From a virus: a stretch of 64,000 nt of DNA. Below, in pieces: positions 37,225 to 46,156 of the stretch. A program made the translations under genes and the position numbers. The stretch covers positions 8,623 to 72,622 of IMG/VR virus record IMGVR_UViG_3300021498_000001. One strand, given 5' to 3'. The notes under the pieces were generated by a model. That model made no database searches. It was given only the letters and a program-made list of their open reading frames with translations, and had not been told where the DNA came from. Positions within the stretch are counted from its first letter, which is position 1; every line of letters begins with the position of its first letter.

Positions 37225-37632
37225 GTGAAAACAACTAAAAAGAAAATAAGCATAAAAAACTCATTTTTTGAGTCTTTCTTATTAGAATCTCAAAAGCTCG
37301 AGCGTAAAGACCTGCCTATATCCTTTGCGTTTTGGATAAGTAAAAACTTTGAAAAGTTGAAACAAGAGTCTCAGGTTTACTTTGAAATGAAGCGAAAAAT
37401 TGCAGAGAAATACAGTGCAAAGGACGATAAAGGCAAACCAAAAATAGACTCAAGAGGCAATTATGAAATTGAAGACATGTCAAAGTTTGTGAAAGAGCTA
37501 AGAGAATTGCAGGAGCAGGAGATAGAGATGGAGCTAGATGTAATCAAAGTTAAATTGCAAGACTTAGATGGTATTAAAATGACACCTGCTGAAATGTCTT
37601 GTCTAATGCCCTTCATTGAGATAGAGGAATAG
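37225..37632 (+). CDS. Hypothetical protein
   Basis: 135-aa helical ORF after the tail fibre. Confidence 0.6.
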   Translation: MKTTKKKISIKNSFFESFLLESQKLERKDLPISFAFWISKNFEKLKQESQVYFEMKRKIAEKYSAKDDKGKPKIDSRGNYEIEDMSKFVKELRELQEQEIEMELDVIKVKLQDLDGIKMTPAEMSCLMPFIEIEE

Positions 37633-37641
37633 GAGGCTTAT

Positions 37642-37887
37642 ATGGCAGATATAAGCGAAGAAATTATAAGCAGTGAGTTATTAAGAAAGAAGAGAAGAGT
37701 ACAATTCAAGGCACCTTCTGCAAGTACAAACGATACAATCACGTTGGGAGATTATACAACTGTGCATGGATGTTGCTTGATGAAAGAGGATGGCACTAGT
37801 GTTGCATGCTCTGTGTCTGGCAATGTCATAACAATAACAGGCAGTGTTAGTTCAGAAGACCTATATGGCTTTGCAATTGTAAGCTAA
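37642..37887 (+). CDS. Small structural protein (putative)
   Basis: AGGAGG RBS; SVSGNVITI beta motif. Confidence 0.55.
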   Translation: MADISEEIISSELLRKKRRVQFKAPSASTNDTITLGDYTTVHGCCLMKEDGTSVACSVSGNVITITGSVSSEDLYGFAIVS

Positions 37888-37893
37888 TCTGGA

Positions 37894-38124
37894 TTGATTG
37901 TGAAATCTCAAGTTGTTGAAACAGATTTAAAATTCTTAGAAGAGCTTGAGCTAACAGCAAAGTCTATATCTCAATATCTCAACAATATCTTGCTAGAATT
38001 GGATGATCTGGGAGATAAGCTGTTAAAGAATAAGTTAACCTTGCAAGAGTTTACAAAATTGGATAAAATAAGAAGTGTATTGAATCAAACCAAAATCTTA
38101 ATGGAGTCCTTAGAGGAGTTATAG
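37894..38124 (+). CDS. Hypothetical protein
   Basis: 76-aa ORF abutting the next gene. Confidence 0.5.
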   Translation: MIVKSQVVETDLKFLEELELTAKSISQYLNNILLELDDLGDKLLKNKLTLQEFTKLDKIRSVLNQTKILMESLEEL

Positions 38125-38799
38125 ATGACTAGGCAAGAGTATTTAGATGCCATAGATATAGAGCTAAAGGATACTGGCTCATTTTTATCTACAAATGATA
38201 AATCTCAGGCACTAGATAATGCAATTCAGCAGTACTCAAAAGATAGACCTAGAATTAAAATGAAAGAGTTTGATGGAGATGGGAGCAGTTATGATTTTCA
38301 ATTGCCTGATGATTATATAGGCGGTTTTAGCTGGATTGTTATGGTTGAGTATCCTGCAGGTAAACAAGAGCCTAAGATTATAAGAGAAGATAGATATGCT
38401 GTTTATTTTAAGAATGACCTTTATTATTTAAGAATGAAATACAATGTGCCTTCTTCTAGTGAGTCATTAAGAGTATGGTACACAACTTTACACAATGAAG
38501 GCACAATCCCAGAAACAGATACAAGACTCATTGTAAAACTTGCAACCTCTTATTGCTTTAGAATGCTTGCAGCCAAGTTTGCTCAATCTAAGGATAGTAT
38601 TATAGATGCAGATGTTGTGGATTATAAGAGCAAAGTGGAGCAATATACAGCCTTAGCAGATAAATTAGAAGCAGAATATAATAGAATTATAGGCAGAGGA
38701 GAGAAGGGACATCCACCTGCTTTTGCAGTCAAGGATTGGGATAGGAGCTTGAGCGAAGCAATGGGCCATTTTTTGTATCACAAGCCTCTTTATAGATAA
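38125..38799 (+). CDS. Head-tail adaptor-like protein (putative)
   Basis: Helical N-terminus (ALDNAIQQYS), beta insert, LIVKLATSYC helix, C-terminal YxxLAxxLxxEY pattern resembling adaptors. Confidence 0.5.
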   Translation: MTRQEYLDAIDIELKDTGSFLSTNDKSQALDNAIQQYSKDRPRIKMKEFDGDGSSYDFQLPDDYIGGFSWIVMVEYPAGKQEPKIIREDRYAVYFKNDLYYLRMKYNVPSSSESLRVWYTTLHNEGTIPETDTRLIVKLATSYCFRMLAAKFAQSKDSIIDADVVDYKSKVEQYTALADKLEAEYNRIIGRGEKGHPPAFAVKDWDRSLSEAMGHFLYHKPLYR

Positions 38800-38807
38800 G
38801 TGCTTAG

Positions 38808-38984
38808 ATGCTTGAAGTAGAAAAGTTATTGAAGCAAGAGATTAAGCGCATTAGAAAAATACAGATGGAACAGATAAATACTTTACATGAGCTTTACATA
38901 GGCAAGAAGGGACGTATAAGTAAAAAATTGAAAAAGGGCATAAATAGTATCTTGAAATCTAAAGATAATGCTCAAATTGCATAA
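38808..38984 (+). CDS. Hypothetical basic protein (58 aa), not in ORF track
   Basis: MLEVEKLLKQEIKRIR...NAQIA fills the gap between genes. Confidence 0.45.
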   Translation: MLEVEKLLKQEIKRIRKIQMEQINTLHELYIGKKGRISKKLKKGINSILKSKDNAQIA

Positions 38985-39195
38985 GATACACAGTCAACTT
39001 TTAGAAGAAGAAATAGTTAAGCCTCAATTGGAAAGACAGCTAGGCTGGATTAACAACCTAACCTTTCAACAAACTCCTTGGAATAAAGACCTAGCATATC
39101 TTAATTGCTCCTTTGATTTGAACGAAGAAGGACATGAGAGTGAGGATTTAGATAAGTTATCTTCATTATACAAATCTCGAATAACTGTATTCTAA
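38968..39195 (+). CDS. Hypothetical protein
   Basis: 75-aa ORF ending just before the lysin. Confidence 0.45.
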   Translation: MLKLHKIHSQLLEEEIVKPQLERQLGWINNLTFQQTPWNKDLAYLNCSFDLNEEGHESEDLDKLSSLYKSRITVF

Positions 39196-39197
39196 AC

Positions 39198-39617
39198 ATG
39201 GATTTTTCAAAACTACCCGAGGTAATTTTGCTTGCTCTTTGTATATTTGGAGAGGCAAGAGGAGAGCCTTTACAAGGAAAGATAGCAGTGGGGCTTGCTG
39301 TTAGAAATAGAGTAGAGAAACACCATAGCTCTTATCGCACAGAAATTCTCAAGCCTTATCAATTTTCTTGCTTTAACAAGAATGATCCCAATTACAAAAA
39401 GTTATGTCTCTATGCTTCTAAGAGTGAAAAGGAATGGATGCGTTCTAAGACTCTAAGAGACTGCCTTCTTGCTGCTAAGATTGTAATGGAAGGGATTACT
39501 GATTTTACACATGGCGCCACTCATTATTTTGCAACTTATTGCCCTGTTCCTAGTTGGCTCAAGGGATTTAAATTCTGTGGACAATTTGGGAGGCATTTAT
39601 TTTGGAAAAAGAGTTAA
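39198..39617 (+). CDS. SleB/Hydrolase_2-family cell wall hydrolase (endolysin)
   Basis: LALCIFGEARGE..AV..AVRNRV..QFSCFN..GATHYFA..GRHLF. Confidence 0.88.
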   Translation: MDFSKLPEVILLALCIFGEARGEPLQGKIAVGLAVRNRVEKHHSSYRTEILKPYQFSCFNKNDPNYKKLCLYASKSEKEWMRSKTLRDCLLAAKIVMEGITDFTHGATHYFATYCPVPSWLKGFKFCGQFGRHLFWKKS

Positions 39618-39807
39618 TATGTACATTTCCATTTGTTTATCCTTTTCATAATTGCGAATACAGAAGATTAATGGCAGATGGCCTTCCTCGATGTATTTGC
39701 AATAATGGACAGTGCAAGAAATGCCAAAGATATTATGCTAAGCCTAAGTGGGAGTTGCCTGAATCGGTTTTAGAATACTTGAGACATGTGGTTTTGAAGA
39801 ATCGAGA

Positions 39808-40011
39808 TTAATTCTCTTTACTTTCTAGCTGAATCATAGGATTGGGATATTTATCTGGCCAAAGCCAATGGGTTTCTGGGATGCCTGTAATTTCTGCTAA
39901 TTTTGCTGCTAATTGTGGACTTGGTCTTCTCTTGCCGTGTCTTATTCTAGAAAAATGTACTTGAGAGATACCTGCTTTGAATGCTATTTCTTTTCCTGTA
40001 AGTTTTTCCAT
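39808..40011 (-). CDS. XRE/Cro-family HTH regulator
   Basis: LTGKEIAFKAGISQVHFSRIRHGKRRPSPQLAAKLA. Confidence 0.88.
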   Translation of the reverse strand: MEKLTGKEIAFKAGISQVHFSRIRHGKRRPSPQLAAKLAEITGIPETHWLWPDKYPNPMIQLESKEN

Positions 40012-40025
40012 GACTTTCTAAGCAA

Positions 40026-40054
40026 AGGATAAACAATTTAGCCTGATTTGTCAA
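40026..40054 (-). promoter_or_regulatory. sigma70-type promoter for the HTH gene (TTGACA-17-TATCCT)
   Basis: -35 at 40049-40054, -10 at 40026-40031. Confidence 0.65.
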
Positions 40055-40079
40055 GTTATGTCAATTCTGTATGGATGTC

Positions 40080-40108
40080 TTGACAAATTTAACCTCTTAG
40101 GTTATCTT
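40080..40108 (+). promoter_or_regulatory. sigma70-type promoter for the recombination/replication operon (TTGACA-17-TATCTT)
   Basis: -35 at 40080-40085, -10 at 40103-40108, ATG at 40118. Confidence 0.7.
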
Positions 40109-40117
40109 AGGGTTAGA

Positions 40118-40618
40118 ATGGGACATGAACTGACAGTCTTAGCGATTGACCCAGGCCCAGAACAATCTGCTTGGGTTCTCTGGAATGGCAGATTTATATT
40201 GGGTAAATCCATTGAAGATAATGAGTCTTTGCTTTCAAAAATTCACAATCTCATGGTGCCTGTTGTTCCTAATATTCTTGCTCTTGAAGAGGTTAGAAAT
40301 ACTTATGGCATGCCTGCAGGCATCTCTTTATGCAAAACTATATTCTGGACAGGGAGATTTTATGAGGCATGGAAGTTTACTGTGCCAAACTCACTCATAG
40401 TGCTGATACCCAGAATGGATATTAAAATGCATATATGTAAATCGCCAAAGGCGAAGGACTCTAATATTAGGCAAGCATTAATAGATAGATTTGGCAATCC
40501 AGGAAGGAAAAATAATCCAGGCATTTTGTATGGAGTAAAGAAAGACATGTGGCAAGCATTGGCATTGGCAGTTTATGTGCATGATAAATGGACTTTGGTG
40601 GAGAGCAACAATGTCTAG
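40118..40618 (+). CDS. RuvC-like Holliday junction resolvase
   Basis: VLAIDPG, LALEE, DMWQALALA; ATG 40118 preferred because the longer ORF overlaps the promoter. Confidence 0.78.
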   Translation: MGHELTVLAIDPGPEQSAWVLWNGRFILGKSIEDNESLLSKIHNLMVPVVPNILALEEVRNTYGMPAGISLCKTIFWTGRFYEAWKFTVPNSLIVLIPRMDIKMHICKSPKAKDSNIRQALIDRFGNPGRKNNPGILYGVKKDMWQALALAVYVHDKWTLVESNNV

Positions 40619-40829
40619 AGCATTTTCAATGAAATCTAAAAACAATATTTTATATGAGATTCAACACAAGCTATCTTTATTAAAGCATGATATTATATCA
40701 GGCCAAATTCATCCAAGAGCAGCTATCTCCAAAATAGAAGAAATTGAGTCACTAATAGGTGAGTATAAGAATAAGTATCTTTCTACTGAGTATGCAGTGT
40801 TAGATGAAGAAAATGGATGGCCTGATTGA
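40611..40829 (+). CDS. Hypothetical protein
   Basis: Short ORF coupled to its neighbours; start uncertain. Confidence 0.5.
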   Translation: MSRAFSMKSKNNILYEIQHKLSLLKHDIISGQIHPRAAISKIEEIESLIGEYKNKYLSTEYAVLDEENGWPD

Positions 40830-41386
40830 GCTTTGATATGGACTACCCAAGCGTGACACAAATAATAAATGAGTTTGCTGATTACAGCATGGTTTCTACA
40901 ATGAATTTCAACCTCTCAATCTCTAGAGGCAATGTTGTACACAAACACTGCCTTGCAATTGCAAGAGGTCTTACTGTGCCAGAATTAAATGGAGAAGCAC
41001 AAGGATATGTTCAGTCTTTTCAAAAATGGATAGATTATGTTAAGCCTGAGATTATAGCTGTTGAGCCAGAAGTCAAAAATGACAAATTTGGATATATAGG
41101 CCATCCAGATTTGATTTATAAAAAGAATGAGCAAGTGTATTTGATGGACATAAAGACAGGACAAACTCCCTGCTGGACATGGATAATACAGTTAGCTGCT
41201 TATTATTATTGTGACTTGCCAAATAATCCTATAAGTGCAGTTGAAATTTTGAGTCCTCATCCTTTTGGGGATATACCGAGGGTTTTTAGGTATTCTAGAG
41301 ATTCAATTAATAAAGCATATTCTATTTTTATAAACATGCTTAATGTTTATCGCTATAAGAATTCTAAAGAATGGATGCCAAGATAA
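40826..41386 (+). CDS. PD-(D/E)xK exonuclease (Cas4/RecB-like), partner of RecT
   Basis: PSVTQI, RGNVVH, E..GHPDL..DIKTG..QLAAY. Confidence 0.8.
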   Translation: MSFDMDYPSVTQIINEFADYSMVSTMNFNLSISRGNVVHKHCLAIARGLTVPELNGEAQGYVQSFQKWIDYVKPEIIAVEPEVKNDKFGYIGHPDLIYKKNEQVYLMDIKTGQTPCWTWIIQLAAYYYCDLPNNPISAVEILSPHPFGDIPRVFRYSRDSINKAYSIFINMLNVYRYKNSKEWMPR

Positions 41387-41694
41387 GCAAAAGTAATATT
41401 GAGAACAATCATTCATCAAATTTTAAGATGTACTATTATAATCAGACTAAGCATACTCATCTGGTATTTGAATTGGTTCAAGTTAATCCTCAATCAGACT
41501 ATATTCTTACAGTTGATTGTTGGAGTGATTTAGCAGATCCTTCTTTCAAGAGTGTTGTCTTCTCATCGTTCAGAAAAGCACTTAAATGTATCAAAAAAAT
41601 TTTGATGTGCAAGAGACTGTATATCAATAAGCCTCGTATTGGACAATTGAGATCATGTATTAAAAATGCAATTAAAGGAGATCACAATGAATGA
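41371..41694 (+). CDS. Hypothetical protein
   Basis: 107-aa ORF in the operon. Confidence 0.5.
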   Translation: MDAKISKSNIENNHSSNFKMYYYNQTKHTHLVFELVQVNPQSDYILTVDCWSDLADPSFKSVVFSSFRKALKCIKKILMCKRLYINKPRIGQLRSCIKNAIKGDHNE

Positions 41695-42340
41695 GTTCCA
41701 ATACCAGCTCGCTATAGCTCAGGCCAAACAAAGTCTTTCCTCATTTATGGAAACAGGCGAAGCCTTATTAAATCAAGCTCAATCAATTGAGATACTAGAT
41801 AAACCTGAATATGAAGAAGGAGCTAAATTATTTGCTCAAATCAAGTCTTTCAAGAAAACGATAGACACTCAGAGAAAGGAGCTAATTAAATTACCTTATG
41901 ATTATGTAAGAAGAGTAAATGCTTTCGCCAAAGAGATTTCTAAGCCTTTAGACGATGCAGAGACAGTAATCAAACAAAAGCTAATTGATTATGAGGCTAA
42001 AAAGGAGTTGGAGAGAAGAGAGCAAGAGAAGAAGGCAGAAGAAGAGAGGAAGAGACTACAGGAGCGACTAAACAAAGAGGCTCAGGAGAAAGGTGTAGAA
42101 GCTGTTATCCTTCCTGAGGTTATGTTTCCTAAAGAGGAAAAGAATATAGTGCATACAGAGAGTGGTGACACTGTTTATACTCGCAATGTTTGGGATTTTG
42201 AGATTGTGGATTTTGCACAAGTGCCAGATGAGTATAAAGTTATAGATGAAAAGAAAGTGAGGCAAGCTATAAATAGACTGGGGATAAGAGAGATCCCTGG
42301 ATTGAGAATATTTCAAAAGAAGACTATTGTGAAAAGATAG
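41687..42340 (+). CDS. Coiled-coil protein of phage recombination modules
   Basis: AAGGAG RBS before ATG 41687; C-terminal WDFEIVD..VPDEY..IDEKK..EIPGLRI. Confidence 0.65.
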   Translation: MNEFQYQLAIAQAKQSLSSFMETGEALLNQAQSIEILDKPEYEEGAKLFAQIKSFKKTIDTQRKELIKLPYDYVRRVNAFAKEISKPLDDAETVIKQKLIDYEAKKELERREQEKKAEEERKRLQERLNKEAQEKGVEAVILPEVMFPKEEKNIVHTESGDTVYTRNVWDFEIVDFAQVPDEYKVIDEKKVRQAINRLGIREIPGLRIFQKKTIVKR

Positions 42341-42349
42341 GAGGCAACC

Positions 42350-43597
42350 ATGAAAAAACAAAGCCTTGCGAAAATCGATGAAGTAATCCATTCACCTGAG
42401 ATTAAGAAAGGATTAGACTTATTGCCAGAAAGAATTAATAAAAAGCTCTTTATAATGACATTTTATAATGCTGTTATGAGAAATCCACAATTATTGAATT
42501 GTACTAAAGAAAGTCTAATCAATGCGTTCTTACAATGTTGCGAGTGGAGACTTGAGCCTAGCTTGGGCAAGGTATATCTTGTACCTTATAAGAACAATAA
42601 AAAGCCAGGTAATCCATTAGAGTGTCAAGCTCAAATAGGGTATAAGGGTTTAATTGAGTTGGCTAATAGAATTGAGAATGTACAAGTCAGTGCACACATT
42701 ATTTATGAAAATGATGAGTACGATATTCAATACGCACCCGAAGAGAAGATATTTCATAGGCCCAAGATTACAGGAGACAGAGGCAAGCCAATTGGAGTCT
42801 ATTGCATTTGGAAAAGAAAAGACTCTACATCATATTTGTTTATGACTTTGGATCAAGTCTATAAAATAAGAGAGCATAGCATTTCTTATCGCACAGCCGA
42901 AATGAAAGGCACTAAAGACTCGCCTTGGCATGTCTGGCCTGAGGCAATGATAAAGAAGACAGTAATAAGACAGAAAGCTAATTATGAAAGACTCCAATCA
43001 AGTTTTGCAGAAATACTTGAGAAGGAAGAAGCCTTTGAATTTGGAGATACATCAATAGCATTGAATGAAGAACCTAAACCTATTGAGATGCCAGAGAACA
43101 AGACAACAGAGTCATTAGAAGAAGTCTCATTTGAGGATAAGCTAAATGAATTCTGCACCACTCATAATCTAGATATACAACTTGTTAATGCCTATCTAGA
43201 TGAGTGTATAGAAATGTTTGAAATGTCTAAAGAAGCAGTATTGGAAAGGGCCATAAACAATCCAGATGAATTCAAAGAGCAATTTGATAGGTGGCTCAAG
43301 ATAAATGAGGCTATGCAAAAGAATGCTGAGGGAGGGTCGTTTTTAGAGAAATTGAAAGAGGCACAAAGTAAGCCTAAGGAGAATGCAGAGAATATATTTG
43401 ATGTTAAAGGCAAGCTAGAAATGTGGCAGAAGCAATTTATAAATGAGCTGAAAAATGCTGTGAAACAAGGATTAGTAACAGAAGAAGCAATTAAAGCCAA
43501 GATGATGGAACAAGGTTTAAAGAGCCTCTTAGACTTGCCTTCTTTAAATGATGCTGTGAAGTTTTACATGAGTTGTGTTTCAGATAAAGCCAAATAG
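42350..43597 (+). CDS. recT: RecT-family single-strand annealing protein
   Basis: NPQLLNCT..LEP..YLVPY..QIGYKGLIELA..SPW..EAMIKKTVIR. Confidence 0.88.
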   Translation: MKKQSLAKIDEVIHSPEIKKGLDLLPERINKKLFIMTFYNAVMRNPQLLNCTKESLINAFLQCCEWRLEPSLGKVYLVPYKNNKKPGNPLECQAQIGYKGLIELANRIENVQVSAHIIYENDEYDIQYAPEEKIFHRPKITGDRGKPIGVYCIWKRKDSTSYLFMTLDQVYKIREHSISYRTAEMKGTKDSPWHVWPEAMIKKTVIRQKANYERLQSSFAEILEKEEAFEFGDTSIALNEEPKPIEMPENKTTESLEEVSFEDKLNEFCTTHNLDIQLVNAYLDECIEMFEMSKEAVLERAINNPDEFKEQFDRWLKINEAMQKNAEGGSFLEKLKEAQSKPKENAENIFDVKGKLEMWQKQFINELKNAVKQGLVTEEAIKAKMMEQGLKSLLDLPSLNDAVKFYMSCVSDKAK

Positions 43598-43605
43598 AAT
43601 GAATA

Positions 43606-44565
43606 ATGCCAAAACTAAAAGTACCTGTGAGTCTTATGGTTTTAGATTATCTTGATAGCAGGCCCAGTGGGTTTACTTTCTCTATAAAAGAGCTTATGGA
43701 TACATTGGGTCTTCCTGCTTCTGTTAGGGCATCAGTGCACAGAATTATAAACGATGCCCTCGATGAGCACCTTGTAGAAAAGCTAAGTTTTGGGTGGTAT
43801 CAAATAACAAAAGAACCTAAGGTGTTGAGCCTTGATGAGATGCAGGGCAAGAAGCTAAAAATACCCCTGCCTTTTAATCTTGGATTTAAATTTGACTTAT
43901 ATCCTGGAGCAATTGTATTGTTTATTGCCTTGCCAGGTAAAGGAAAATCATATTTTGCTGTGAATTTGTGTAAGTTTTGGGCTGAAAGAGGTTTTGCGCT
44001 GGACTATTACTTTTGTGAAGCGAAAGAAAGTATTGTGGACAGGCTTTTGAGAATGACCTCAGAAGGATTTTGGGTAAATAAGGATGTGCGATTTATAGAG
44101 ATTGAAAATCCAAGCATGAGAATGAGAGATGACTCTAGAAATAGAATTGTGATCTGGGATTGGCTTGACTTGACTGCACAGTATCACAAAGTGCCCCTGA
44201 TTATGAGACGAATGCAGAAAGACCATAAAAGTCTTATTGTTATCTTTATGCAAGGAAGACCAGGAGAAGAAGGTATCATGCCTTTTGGCAAGTTAGGAGG
44301 GTTACATCCTGTAAGTGTTGCATTTGCTATAACACATGATGAGAAAGATAAACGCAAAGAGTATCCTATATTGAAAGTTAAAAAGGTTAGAGACTCGAGC
44401 TGGTTTTGCGAAGGAGATGAGATTTATCTTAAATTTGATTCTTCTACAGGTGAGATAAAACCTTTAGATATAAGAAGTAGAGATGAGTTAAAGAAACTGA
44501 TAACAGGCGAAATCACAGAAGAGGATTTGTATGGAGCGCCAGATCAGGATGGAATACCTTTCTAA
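43606..44565 (+). CDS. HTH plus RecA-like P-loop ATPase (putative replicative helicase/initiator)
   Basis: N-terminal winged-HTH-like region; Walker A ALPGKGKS; IVIWDW; IFMQ; KVR; SSB-like acidic tail DGIPF. Confidence 0.65.
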   Translation: MPKLKVPVSLMVLDYLDSRPSGFTFSIKELMDTLGLPASVRASVHRIINDALDEHLVEKLSFGWYQITKEPKVLSLDEMQGKKLKIPLPFNLGFKFDLYPGAIVLFIALPGKGKSYFAVNLCKFWAERGFALDYYFCEAKESIVDRLLRMTSEGFWVNKDVRFIEIENPSMRMRDDSRNRIVIWDWLDLTAQYHKVPLIMRRMQKDHKSLIVIFMQGRPGEEGIMPFGKLGGLHPVSVAFAITHDEKDKRKEYPILKVKKVRDSSWFCEGDEIYLKFDSSTGEIKPLDIRSRDELKKLITGEITEEDLYGAPDQDGIPF

Positions 44566-44576
44566 CCAGTGTTCAA

Positions 44577-44804
44577 ATGTGGACAGAGGTTAGTGTTTTA
44601 GAAGCAGTAAATTTGAACATGATAGAATCTCTCAAGGTTGAGAAACTTGAAGATTATGGATGGGCTTTAGTAGCCCATGGAGTGAAGAAATCTTATGTGA
44701 TATACTATGCAGGTGATAAAATTGAGCCTGTGATAGAAAGGTTGGAAGAGCTTGTTAGGGAATTGAATAAAGAAAATCGAGTTATTGTAACCACTCAGAC
44801 ATGA
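44577..44804 (+). CDS. Hypothetical protein
   Basis: 75-aa ORF in the operon. Confidence 0.55.
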   Translation: MWTEVSVLEAVNLNMIESLKVEKLEDYGWALVAHGVKKSYVIYYAGDKIEPVIERLEELVRELNKENRVIVTTQT

Positions 44805-45001
44805 GTAAAATCATAAATTCTAAGAATAGAATATCAGCAAAGATTTTGATGAGATTTGTTAAAGAAGATTGGAATGCTGAAACTTATTGTGTCTCGGACT
44901 TCTCTGGAGTTTCTTTGGAGGCTGTTTTCATGTTTCTGAATGAACTTAGATACTCCAGAATGGCTGGACAATTCGTGGGAAGTGACAAATGCTTGCAATA
45001 A
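44801..45001 (+). CDS. Hypothetical protein
   Basis: 66-aa ORF with ATGA overlap. Confidence 0.5.
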   Translation: MSKIINSKNRISAKILMRFVKEDWNAETYCVSDFSGVSLEAVFMFLNELRYSRMAGQFVGSDKCLQ

Positions 45002-45480
45002 GAAAACATAAAGACTTATTTAAACAAATAAGACAGTGCCAACAACGAATAAAGCTGTATGAGGACTTAAAGGCCAAAAACTGCTCAGATTTTCAAAACT
45101 ATATATGTGACCAAAAACTACTAGAACTTAAAAACGAGAAGAAAAACTTAACATTAAAGCTAGACATAGCCTATGCCAAGTATGATGAGTTTTGGCAAGG
45201 CAAGCTAGAATCAAATAAAGACAGAAAAATTGAGAAAATAGATATAGATAAGGCTAAAAATGTGCCTTTTGATAAATTATTAGAATTTAACAAATATGGC
45301 TTCACATTGTGTCCTTTTCACGGAGATACTAAGCCTAGCATGAAATGGTATAAAGAGGATAATATTGTGCATTGTTTTGGATGTGGAGTGCATTCAGATA
45401 CAATTGAATATATGAGAAAGAGATACAATTTGAGCTTCAAAGAAGCAGTATTAACCTTGTTAAGGAGGAATAATGTTTGA
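44989..45480 (+). CDS. CHC2 zinc-finger (primase zinc-binding domain) protein
   Basis: CPFHGDTKPSM..HCFGCG..DTIEY..LSFKEAV; no TOPRIM domain. Confidence 0.85.
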   Translation: MLAIRKHKDLFKQIRQCQQRIKLYEDLKAKNCSDFQNYICDQKLLELKNEKKNLTLKLDIAYAKYDEFWQGKLESNKDRKIEKIDIDKAKNVPFDKLLEFNKYGFTLCPFHGDTKPSMKWYKEDNIVHCFGCGVHSDTIEYMRKRYNLSFKEAVLTLLRRNNV

Positions 45481-45857
45481 ACTTAAACTTAGGTGTTTGT
45501 TTTGGGATGATGAAATTACTATTCCAATAACTGTATCTGATGGATGGGAGACTTATTATAAAGGAGATGAAATAGAAACATGTCTATGTCCTAAACATGC
45601 TGAATGTCTTAAGTTTTTCAAGGATCAATGCCCCAGATTGCCCTTTATTTAAGGATATATATCATTATAAAATTACTCAGTTGGATTTGAAATGCATTGA
45701 AGATGGAAAGTGTCCCAGAAGGGTATCGGGTACATTATTTGTTAAAAGCAATAAAGATGGACTTGATATGGAAGTAATTGATATGAGTACAACATCCGAA
45801 GCAGGTAAGGCCTTAGCAAAAGCAATCAAAGAATATCTTGCAAGAAAGCCGAGATGA
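45473..45857 (+). pseudogene. Cys-rich hypothetical gene apparently split by a +1 frameshift at C4 (45631-45634)
   Basis: AGGAGG-ATG at 45473 gives ...CLCPKHAECLKFFKDQCP; removing one C joins it to DCPLFK... of ORF 45597-45857, giving QCPDC. Confidence 0.45.
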
Positions 45858-46042
45858 AAATATTTAAAGAAGCTATATGTTTTATCTGCACAAAGTGTGG
45901 CAAGAAATATTTTGAGATGAAAATCCCAGATATGCCTTGTCCTAAATGTGGTGGTAAATTGATACCTATAGATTGCTGGGATGAGAATCCAAATAGAGAA
46001 TTTAAAGACCCAAATAAAGTTAAATGGGAAGAGTTCTTTTAA
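45854..46042 (+). CDS. Zinc-ribbon protein
   Basis: CTKCG ... CPKCGG. Confidence 0.6.
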   Translation: MKIFKEAICFICTKCGKKYFEMKIPDMPCPKCGGKLIPIDCWDENPNREFKDPNKVKWEEFF

Positions 46043-46045
46043 TAA

Positions 46046-46116
46046 GCGGAGGTAGCTTAAAGGCAAAGCATTTGGCTTCCAGCCAAAGGATACAGGTTCG
46101 AGTCCTGTCCTCCGCT
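46046..46116 (+). tRNA. tRNA-Gly (anticodon TCC), CCA not encoded
   Basis: Acceptor GCGGAGG/CCTCCGC, D stem GCTT/AAGC, anticodon stem TTTGG/CCAAA with loop CTTCCAG, T arm ACAGG-TTCGAGT-CCTGT, discriminator U. Confidence 0.92.
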
Positions 46117-46156
46117 TCTTTTTTTTCTAAAATCGAAAAGAAGAGGAAGGGGCTAG

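Noticed and set aside
38808-38984. Similarity of LYIGKKGRIS to the PheRS alpha N-terminal YLGKKG motif
   Set aside because: Too short to distinguish from chance.
40826-41386. Cas4 acting as spacer-acquisition nuclease for the array
   Set aside because: No Fe-S cysteine set is visible and it sits near RecT, so a recombination exonuclease is the simpler reading.
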